The translations under genes and the position numbers were made by a program. A stretch of DNA of 64,000 bases from a virus, in the UHGV virus genome UHGV-1368191; one strand, given 5' to 3'. Position 1 is the first letter of the stretch. Each line of letters begins with the position of its first letter. This document shows positions 9,205-16,771 of the stretch, piece after piece. Under the pieces are notes generated by a model. That model saw only the letters and a program-made list of their open reading frames with translations. It searched no databases and was not told the DNA's origin.

Positions 9205-9914
9205 CACTAAAGGAGTACTTTGGAGATTGGTTGAAGGTATTTGACTATAAAGAATTCAATAGCATACTTGCACAACTTAACACATTATACAGAACAAGAT
9301 TAATATGCCCTAAGAAAGAAAATGTCTTTAGGGCATTTAATCTTTGTCCTTATAATAGTTGTAGGTGTATCTTTATTGGATATGACCCTTACAATGATAT
9401 TTATGAAGGAGAACCTAGAGCCACTGGTATTTTGTTTGGAAATAATAAAAATATCAGTGAAGACAAGTATTCTCCTTCATTAAAAATTGTTAAGAATGCC
9501 AGTATAGATTTGTGTATTCCACATAATTATATTACCTTTGACCCCACATTGGAGAGCTGGGCTAAGCAAGGAATCTTGATGATAAACTCAGCTCTTACTG
9601 TTGAAGCATGGAAGCCAGGTTCACATCTAATGCTTTGGAGGAAATTTATTTCCACTATGCTTAGTAATATCTCACAAATAGAAACTGGAATGGTGTATGT
9701 GTTATTTGGTTCTGAAGCTAAGACTTTTAAGCCTTATATAGGAAAGAATAACACTATACTTGAAGAGAACCACCCAGCTTACTACGCTAGGATGCATAAA
9801 GAAATGCCTCCAGGGCTATTCAGAGAGATTAACACTATTTTAAAACGTATATATAATTATCAAATCAAATGGTTTAATTATGAAAACAATGAAGAGGAAT
9901 TACATTACTATTAA
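9201..9914 (+). CDS. ung: uracil-DNA glycosylase, family-1-like (GYDPY variant of GQDPYH)
   Basis: The protein can be aligned by eye to E. coli Ung: NVFRAFNL...IFIGYDPYN (cf. DVFNAFRF...VVILGQDPYH), PTLESWAKQGILMINSALTV (cf. [20 protein letters not shown]), GMVYVLFGSEAK (cf. GVVFLLWGSHAQ) and NHPAYYA (cf. PHPSPLSA, catalytic His). Confidence 0.7.
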   Translation: MTLKEYFGDWLKVFDYKEFNSILAQLNTLYRTRLICPKKENVFRAFNLCPYNSCRCIFIGYDPYNDIYEGEPRATGILFGNNKNISEDKYSPSLKIVKNASIDLCIPHNYITFDPTLESWAKQGILMINSALTVEAWKPGSHLMLWRKFISTMLSNISQIETGMVYVLFGSEAKTFKPYIGKNNTILEENHPAYYARMHKEMPPGLFREINTILKRIYNYQIKWFNYENNEEELHYY

Positions 9915-10347
9915 TTGTCATTCAATGGATGGAGTTTCAACTGAAGAGGCTGAAAAGTTCTTAGTGGAACTGTTTAAGAAAATGGGAATACTCGGAGAAG
10001 AGGAAGATGAAGAAGAAAGGGAAGCTGATAAAGTCATAGATCACTTAGCACACAGGTTGGAAATAGATGATCCAAGTGCTTTAGAGGATCTATTGAGTTG
10101 GATAGATAATGTTTCTGAGCTTTCTACTTTCCTTATTCTGGCTAAGGAATATGCCCTAATGCATAACTCTGGTACTCCTAAGGCTGATGAGTATTATACT
10201 TTCAACATCCTTAATGGATGTATAATAAGGATTAAGGATGTGAAAGAGTCAGTTCTTAAGCAGATTCCCTACTTCAAAACTGTAGAAGAGGCTAAGAAGT
10301 GTAAAGAGGTATTATATCCTTGGTGGGAGAGTGTATATGGAGAATAG
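9880..10347 (+). CDS. acidic hypothetical protein
   Basis: 155-aa ORF containing a GEEEDEEERE stretch. Confidence 0.3.
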   Translation: MKTMKRNYITINCHSMDGVSTEEAEKFLVELFKKMGILGEEEDEEEREADKVIDHLAHRLEIDDPSALEDLLSWIDNVSELSTFLILAKEYALMHNSGTPKADEYYTFNILNGCIIRIKDVKESVLKQIPYFKTVEEAKKCKEVLYPWWESVYGE

Positions 10348-11485
10348 AAAGATTAGGGGGGCTACTAAAGTCGAGGTTGGTGAAACTGTCTTCAAGAGTA
10401 AATTAGAAGCTAGAATAGCCGAGGCCTTTCAAGAACTAGGAATAGAGTATGAGTATGAGAAATACAAGATTACTTTATTACCTAGTTTTGACTATGACAA
10501 GGAGCACTTTAGATCTATGATTTACACTCCAGACTTCAAGGTAGGAAATGCTATTATAGAAGCTAAAGGATTTCCCTCTGACGCTTGGAAAATACGAAAG
10601 AAAATAATCATGTGGACCTTGAAGAACATTCCAGAATTGGAATATTTCGAGGTTCACTCTATTCAAGAACTTCTTGACATGGTAGAACAAGATGATAGAT
10701 TCCTAACCTATAATATACAGGTGTTTACATTGGATAATACTTTTGTTGGTGAGTACAATTCAGTTACTGATGCTGTAAATGAACTAAACATAAAGTCAAA
10801 TAAGTCTAATATATTTTCTTGTATAATAGGAAAAAGGAATAAAGCTGGGGGTTATATATGGAAAAGAGTCTCCAGGGTATTTATTCCAGATGAGAATGAA
10901 GAATGGAAGGATGTCATTGGATTTGAAGGTCTCTACTATGTCTCTAACCTAGGAAGAGTAGCTTCAGCCCAATTCCATGGAATACGTAATTTCAGGTTAA
11001 TGAGTCAGTTTTCTGATTCTTTGGGATATCACTTCGTGAAATTGAGGAATTGGAAGAAGGGTATAGTTATGAGTGCTCCTGTTCATAGATTGGTAGCTGA
11101 GGCTTTCCTCCCTAATCCTGAGAACAAACCTCAAGTAGATCATATTGACACTGATCCCTCTAATAATAATGTTGAGAACCTTAGATGGGCCACCAGCCTG
11201 GAAAACCAAAGGAATCCACTGACTTTAGAGAGATTACGTAGTTCCATAATCTCTATGAATAAACAGGGAATAGGACCAAAAGCAAGTGCTAAAAAGAAAA
11301 GAAAGAGAGTCGTATTCACTGATGGAACTTCTGTCACTAGATATGAATCAATTAGTCAAGCTTCCAAGGCTACTGGGCTTTCTACTTGCTCTATACAGAG
11401 ATGGTGTAACAGGCAGATAAAAGGATGGAGTTATGAACAATCAGAACATACAGAAACTGATCAAGGAAGCGGAGGTAATACCTAA
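10331..11485 (+). CDS. composite endonuclease: T7 endonuclease I-like PD-(D/E)xK domain + HTH + NUMOD4 + HNH (homing-endonuclease-like)
   Basis: N-terminal MIYTPDFKVGNAIIEAKGFPSDAWKIRKK...PELEYFEV matches T7 gp3 YTPDFLLPNGIFVETKGLWESDDRKKHLLIREQHPELDIRIVF. NUMOD4: WKDVIGFEGLYYVSNLGRV. HNH: HRLVAEAFLPNPENKPQVDHIDTDPSNNNVENLRWAT. Two IENR/NUMOD1-like HTH segments: NSVTDAVNELNI...AGGYIWKRV and YESISQASKATGLS. Confidence 0.6.
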   Translation: MYMENRKIRGATKVEVGETVFKSKLEARIAEAFQELGIEYEYEKYKITLLPSFDYDKEHFRSMIYTPDFKVGNAIIEAKGFPSDAWKIRKKIIMWTLKNIPELEYFEVHSIQELLDMVEQDDRFLTYNIQVFTLDNTFVGEYNSVTDAVNELNIKSNKSNIFSCIIGKRNKAGGYIWKRVSRVFIPDENEEWKDVIGFEGLYYVSNLGRVASAQFHGIRNFRLMSQFSDSLGYHFVKLRNWKKGIVMSAPVHRLVAEAFLPNPENKPQVDHIDTDPSNNNVENLRWATSLENQRNPLTLERLRSSIISMNKQGIGPKASAKKKRKRVVFTDGTSVTRYESISQASKATGLSTCSIQRWCNRQIKGWSYEQSEHTETDQGSGGNT

Positions 11486-11636
11486 GTTAGAATATAATCC
11501 AGACATCTTCAAGTTCAGGACTAATGTCATGGCTACTGTCAGGGCAGTTAAGAGAAGATTGGGAGTACTGGAGTCTCTACTAGGGGAAATAGAATTTGAG
11601 ATAACTTTAAATCATTTAGATGATGAAGAGCCTTAA
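11433..11636 (+). CDS. small hypothetical ORF overlapping the HNH gene end
   Basis: 67 aa. It overlaps the upstream gene by 53 nt in another frame. It could be spurious. Confidence 0.2.
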   Translation: MNNQNIQKLIKEAEVIPKLEYNPDIFKFRTNVMATVRAVKRRLGVLESLLGEIEFEITLNHLDDEEP

Positions 11637-12663
11637 GGAAATAAGTTGGGAGGTACCTGAGGATATCTATAGGCAAGACCCAGCACTGAGCTATAGTACA
11701 TTAGCTAGATATGAGAGAGAAGGGTTCAGTAAAGTGGATCACTTATTTGATAAAGTGGAGAGTCCTTCACTCCTATTGGGATCTATAGTAGATTGCCTGA
11801 TAACTGATGGGCAAGAGGAATTTGACAGAAGGTTTTTGGTAGCTGAATTTCCAGCTATTCCTGATAGTATTATCACTATAGTTAAGGATATATTCAGTAC
11901 ATATAGTGAAGTGTATACTTCCTTGAGTAACATTCCTGATGACTATATTATAACCTTTGCCCAGAAGTATAATTATCAACCTAACTGGAGACCTGAAACA
12001 AGGGCTAAAGTAATTAGGGAAAAGGGTTCTGAGTACTATAATCTTTTGTACCTATCTACTGATAAAACTATAGTGGATACTGAAACATATAAAGTAGCTA
12101 CTGATATGGTAGATGCCTTAAAAAACAGTCCTATTACAGGTAGCTATTTTAGCCCTGATAATCCTTTTGATGATACTATAGGGAAATATTACCAGTTAAA
12201 GTTTAAAGCTACCCTCCATAATGTAGATTACAGGTGTATGGCGGATTTGATAACAGTGAATTACAAGGACAAGATTATTTACCCAATAGATCTCAAGACC
12301 TCATTTAAGCATGAATATGAGTTCTATAAATCCTTTATAGACTGGAATTATCAGATACAAGCCAGGCTCTATTGGAGGATAATAAGGAATAATCTTGATA
12401 GGGATGAATATTTTAAGGACTTTAAGCTGGATGATTACAGGTTTATAGTGGTAAGTAGGGACTTACACCCCCTTGTTTGGTATTTCCATAACACTACAGC
12501 TTTAGGAGAATTAGTGTATGGCAGACATAATAATATAATAATGAGAGATCCTGAAGAAATAGGAATGGAGTTAAGGAAAATCCTTGATAATAAACCTATT
12601 TATCCTGAAGGGATAACCTCTAGGGACAATGATATTGTAGACTGGATAAACAATAATATGTGA
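11620..12663 (+). CDS. PD-(D/E)xK nuclease, RecB/Cas4-like family (phage exonuclease candidate)
   Basis: IIYPIDLKTS (D-x-K) followed by YQIQARLY (the QxxxY motif of RecB-family nucleases). Confidence 0.4.
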   Translation: MMKSLKEISWEVPEDIYRQDPALSYSTLARYEREGFSKVDHLFDKVESPSLLLGSIVDCLITDGQEEFDRRFLVAEFPAIPDSIITIVKDIFSTYSEVYTSLSNIPDDYIITFAQKYNYQPNWRPETRAKVIREKGSEYYNLLYLSTDKTIVDTETYKVATDMVDALKNSPITGSYFSPDNPFDDTIGKYYQLKFKATLHNVDYRCMADLITVNYKDKIIYPIDLKTSFKHEYEFYKSFIDWNYQIQARLYWRIIRNNLDRDEYFKDFKLDDYRFIVVSRDLHPLVWYFHNTTALGELVYGRHNNIIMRDPEEIGMELRKILDNKPIYPEGITSRDNDIVDWINNNM

Positions 12664-12664
12664 T

Positions 12665-15556
12665 ATGACAGAGCAAGAATGGCTAAATGATAATCAGCTC
12701 TCATTGGATATATGGCATAAAAAGTACCAAGTTGACAATGAGAGCTTTGAGCACTGGCTTGATAGAGTAAGTGGAGGAAACCAAGATATAAGACAACTTA
12801 TTCTTGAAAAGAAATTCCTGTTTGGGGGTAGGATACTAGCAAGTAGAGGAGTGACTGACAGAAGGGTTACTTATAGTAACTGTTATGTAATTGCACCCCC
12901 AAGGGATAATATTGAATCTATCTTTGAAACTGCAAGTAAGTTAGCAAGAACTTATAGTTATGGAGGAGGCTGTGGTGTGGATATTAGCAACCTTAGACCT
13001 AAAGGTACTATAGTCCATAATGCAGCTAAAAGTACATCAGGTGCTATAAGTTTCATGGACTTCTATAGCTATGTTACTGGTCTTATAGGTCAGTCAGGCA
13101 GACGTGGGGCATTAATGATTAGTATTAGCTGTAAGCATCCTGACATTGAGGAGTTTATTAATCTTAAAACTAAAGCTGGAGTATGTGAAAAAGCTAACAT
13201 AAGTATCAGAGTATCTGATGAATTTATGGAAGCTGCTATACAGGATAGGGATTGGATAACTGAATTTACAAGTCCTGAGACTGGTACTATAACCAAGACT
13301 TTCAAGGCAAAAGATTTGTTAAAACTCCTAGCTAAAAGAAATTGGGAGTGGGCAGAACCTGGATTATTATATTGGGATAGAATTGCTCATTATAATATGC
13401 TTGATAATGATGATGCTTTTGCTTATGCAGGGGTCAACCCATGTCTTACAGGAGATAGCTTGATTCAAACAGTGGAAGGGGAAATTCCTATAAAGGAGTT
13501 AGTAGGAAGTACTCCATTTGTATATTGTATGGATTCTGATGGTAATCTTGCTATAAGAAAAGCTGTTAAGGTTTGGAAAACAAGAAAGAATGCTCAACTT
13601 GTTGAGGTTATAGCAGGTAAGGGAAGACTAATTTGTACTCCAGACCATAGAATATTTACTACTAATAGAGGTTGGGTTGAGGCTGCTAATCTTCAAAAAG
13701 GAGATAAAATAAAGGGTCTTAATAGACAAACTACAGGGCATAAATATTGTTCTGTAAGCCTTAGTGGCACTAAGTATGAGAAGGAACATAGATTTATTGC
13801 AAGACACTTCTATGATATAGAAGATATGGATGTTCATCATATTAATGATAATGGGTTTGACAATAGATTATCAAATCTTGAAGTTATCACTCATGAGGAA
13901 CATTCAAAACTTTCTAATACTGGAAGGGTTATTGAAGTTAATAGAGATGAAACTACTGGAAGGTATCTTCCTAAAGAAGAGCATACAGGTAGAACCTGTA
14001 GAAACTTAGGAAAGGAAGTAGGTATTAATTGGTATATTCAAGAAGTAAGAACTCTTGATTATACTGAGGATGTCTATGACATGACTATAGAGGACACTCA
14101 TAACTTCATTGCTAATGGGTTTGTAGTTCATAATTGTGCTGAAGAGCCATTACCAGCAGGAGGCTCATGCTTATTGGGTAGTATTAACCTTAGTGAATTT
14201 GTAACTAATCCATTTACTGATAAGGCTAAGATGAACTGGATTAGTCTTGTAGAAGCTGTAGAGATAGCTATCTCAGGTCTTAACGAAGTACTTGATGAAG
14301 GTATGATGTTACATCCTCTTCAAGAGCAAAGAGACTCTGTAAATAAGTGGAGACAAGTTGGCTTAGGTACAATGGGATTAGCTGATATGCTAATTAAATT
14401 AGGTATTGCTTACGGTTCTAATAAAGCTCTTGAGATAACTGAAAGAGTATATAAGCTTATAGCAGCAACAGCTGTGCAAGCATCTATCAAATTAGCTACT
14501 TTTTCAGGATGCTATCCTATGTGTGATAAGGAGAAGTTAGCTAATTCCTCGTTCATTAAATCATTAAATCTTCCAGATGAAATGATTAGTGATATAAGGA
14601 CTTATGGATTAAGAAATAGTCAACTTCTTACTTGTGCTCCTACAGGTAGTATTGCTACCATGTTGCAAGTATCTACTGGAGTAGAACCTAACTTTGCATT
14701 AAAGTACACAAGAAAGACTCAATCATTGAATGGTAAAGATACTTATTATGAAGTATTTGCTAAAATAGTAGATGACTATATTGGTGATAGATATGGTGAA
14801 GATATAAAACTTCCTGATTACTTTGTAGAGTCTAAGGATATAGCTTCTATTGATAGAATCAAAATGCAGGCAGTACTACAGAAGTACACTGATGCAAGTA
14901 TTAGTTCTACAATAAATCTTCCTAAAGAAGCTACAGTGGAAGATGTGTATAACATCTATGTAGAAGCATGGAAGCATGGACTTAAGGGATGTACAGTCTA
15001 CAGGAGTGGATGCTTTAGGGAAGGTATTCTTACTACTAAAAAGCCTATCAATATGCAAGCTGTAGGTGCTCCTAAGAGACCTAAAGAGCTTCCCTGTGAT
15101 ATTCATAAGGTAAAGGTGAAAGGAGAGAACTTCATAGTATGTGTGGGTCTTTATGAGGAGAAACCATATGAGGTATTTGTCTTTAGGCTCAAGAATAACA
15201 TAGAGCTTACTGACACAAGGGGAACCATAACCAAGCTCAAGAAGGGTGTATATAGCCTTGAGTCAAAGGATTTGATAATAAATAACCTCCTTAATACTGA
15301 TATTACTGTTGAGGAGAAGGCTGCCACTCTGTATAGTTCTATGCTTCTTAGGCATGGAATCTCTCTTAAGTATATTATTAAGACAGCAAGGAAAGTCAAT
15401 GATAATATAATCTCTTTCAGTAGTGCCATGTGTAGGGTACTATCTAAGTATTTACCTAAGGATACTGGGGAATCCTGTCCTGAATGTGGTGAGAAATTAA
15501 TAAGAACTGGAGGATGTGTCTCATGTCCTTCCTGTGGTTATAGTAGATGTGAGTAA
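12665..15556 (+). CDS. ribonucleotide reductase large subunit (class II NrdJ-like likely) interrupted by an intein; C-terminal Zn ribbon
   Basis: GGGCGVDISNLRPKG. The active-site motif GVNP-C/AEEPL...SCLLGSINLSEF (cf. NPCGE..L...CNLGSINL) is split by a Hint domain. C-terminal CPECG...CVSCPSCG. Confidence 0.75.
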   Translation: MTEQEWLNDNQLSLDIWHKKYQVDNESFEHWLDRVSGGNQDIRQLILEKKFLFGGRILASRGVTDRRVTYSNCYVIAPPRDNIESIFETASKLARTYSYGGGCGVDISNLRPKGTIVHNAAKSTSGAISFMDFYSYVTGLIGQSGRRGALMISISCKHPDIEEFINLKTKAGVCEKANISIRVSDEFMEAAIQDRDWITEFTSPETGTITKTFKAKDLLKLLAKRNWEWAEPGLLYWDRIAHYNMLDNDDAFAYAGVNPCLTGDSLIQTVEGEIPIKELVGSTPFVYCMDSDGNLAIRKAVKVWKTRKNAQLVEVIAGKGRLICTPDHRIFTTNRGWVEAANLQKGDKIKGLNRQTTGHKYCSVSLSGTKYEKEHRFIARHFYDIEDMDVHHINDNGFDNRLSNLEVITHEEHSKLSNTGRVIEVNRDETTGRYLPKEEHTGRTCRNLGKEVGINWYIQEVRTLDYTEDVYDMTIEDTHNFIANGFVVHNCAEEPLPAGGSCLLGSINLSEFVTNPFTDKAKMNWISLVEAVEIAISGLNEVLDEGMMLHPLQEQRDSVNKWRQVGLGTMGLADMLIKLGIAYGSNKALEITERVYKLIAATAVQASIKLATFSGCYPMCDKEKLANSSFIKSLNLPDEMISDIRTYGLRNSQLLTCAPTGSIATMLQVSTGVEPNFALKYTRKTQSLNGKDTYYEVFAKIVDDYIGDRYGEDIKLPDYFVESKDIASIDRIKMQAVLQKYTDASISSTINLPKEATVEDVYNIYVEAWKHGLKGCTVYRSGCFREGILTTKKPINMQAVGAPKRPKELPCDIHKVKVKGENFIVCVGLYEEKPYEVFVFRLKNNIELTDTRGTITKLKKGVYSLESKDLIINNLLNTDITVEEKAATLYSSMLLRHGISLKYIIKTARKVNDNIISFSSAMCRVLSKYLPKDTGESCPECGEKLIRTGGCVSCPSCGYSRCE
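13442..14134 (+). mobile_element. intein (231 aa) with embedded HNH endonuclease in RNR
   Basis: Starts CLTGDSLIQTV right after GVNP and ends VVHN before the +1 Cys (CAEEP). Internal DVHHINDNGFDNRLSNLEVITHEEH HNH motif. Confidence 0.7.
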
Positions 15557-15558
15557 TT

Positions 15559-15747
15559 ATGGTAAAATCAAGATTGACATTGAAAATAGGTGAGGAAGAA
15601 TCCTCCTATGAATGGGAACATGAGGATATAGCAGTAGGAGATATATTATCAGCTCTTAGGGGAATGCTGATGTCCCACACATATTCTGATGTATCCTTTA
15701 TTAATGTAATTAAAGATTTAGCTGAACAATATGAAACTGAAGATTAA
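15559..15747 (+). CDS. small hypothetical protein
   Basis: 62-aa ORF between the RNR and dUTPase genes. Confidence 0.3.
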   Translation: MVKSRLTLKIGEEESSYEWEHEDIAVGDILSALRGMLMSHTYSDVSFINVIKDLAEQYETED

Positions 15748-16249
15748 AGTAAAAGTACTAACAGAAGGATGTATGCCTCAAATAAGTGAAAGTGGTGACT
15801 GGATAGATCTTAAAGCTGCCCAAGATGTAGAAATCAGGGCATCTCAAGCAGGGACTCAGTATCAACTTTCCAATGTTAAATATAGAGATGTCACCATCCC
15901 TGTCACTTATATCCCTTTAGGAGTGGCTATTCAATTGCCTAAAGGTTTTGAGGCTATAGTAGCATCAAGAAGTGGAAGTCCCAAGAAACTGGGAGTATTC
16001 ATTCCTAGTGGTCAAGGAGTTATAGATAATATCTATAATGGAGATGAGGATGAATGGCAATATATAGCCTCTCCACTGACTAATACATATATCCATAAGG
16101 GAGATAGAATATGTCAATTCAGGATTCAGTTAAGTCAGAAGGCTACTATATTACAGAAATTGAAGTGGCTTCTTAGCTCTGGGATAGAGCTGGTGCAAGT
16201 TAATTCCTTAGGTAATAATAACAGAGGAATGAATGTAACTGGAGTTTAA
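15731..16249 (+). CDS. dut: dUTPase
   Basis: ASRSGSPKKLGVFIPSGQGVIDNIYNGDE matches dUTPase motif 3 (RSGLA.K.GI....GVIDSDYRGE). Confidence 0.65.
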   Translation: MKLKIKVKVLTEGCMPQISESGDWIDLKAAQDVEIRASQAGTQYQLSNVKYRDVTIPVTYIPLGVAIQLPKGFEAIVASRSGSPKKLGVFIPSGQGVIDNIYNGDEDEWQYIASPLTNTYIHKGDRICQFRIQLSQKATILQKLKWLLSSGIELVQVNSLGNNNRGMNVTGV

Positions 16250-16270
16250 TTTTATATGGTTTAGGTTAAT

Positions 16271-16771
16271 ATGGATTTTTCACTAATATGGGAGATAGTT
16301 AAAGTATTGCTAATGGTTATTGCAGCAGTAACCTTAGCTTGTATAGTAGATTTTACCAGAAGTAAGAAAAACAAGATGTCCTTTAGGGAATCAATGGATT
16401 TGACAGAACTTCCAGTGGTTACTTTTAGGCAAGATGGTAAGGATAAATTCAATTTCCTTCTTGATACTGGTTCTTCTCTTTCAGTCATAAATGAGCCTAT
16501 ATTAAATATAATAAAGCACACTAGTCTTGATTGTACAAGCTCTGTTTATGGCATGGAGGGGAATTGTGTAGAGACTTCATTAGTAAGTATTCCATTGAAG
16601 TATAAAGACACTGATTATGTGGAGAACTTTCAGGTAGTTGATATGAGTGCTGCCTTTGATAAAGTAAAGAAAGAAAATGGAGTGACAATTCATGGGATAC
16701 TTGGTAACTCATTCTTTGTAAAGTATAAATATGTACTTGATTTTAAAGAGCTGATAGCATATTCAAGATGA
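16271..16771 (+). CDS. retropepsin-like (clan AA) aspartic protease with N-terminal TM anchor
   Basis: N-terminal hydrophobic helix IVKVLLMVIAAVTLACIV, then FNFLLDTGSSLSVIN (a D-T/S-G-A/S active-site motif in a hydrophobic-hydrophobic-D-T-G-S context) and GILGNSFF (flap/C-terminal Gly motif). Confidence 0.4.
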   Translation: MDFSLIWEIVKVLLMVIAAVTLACIVDFTRSKKNKMSFRESMDLTELPVVTFRQDGKDKFNFLLDTGSSLSVINEPILNIIKHTSLDCTSSVYGMEGNCVETSLVSIPLKYKDTDYVENFQVVDMSAAFDKVKKENGVTIHGILGNSFFVKYKYVLDFKELIAYSR

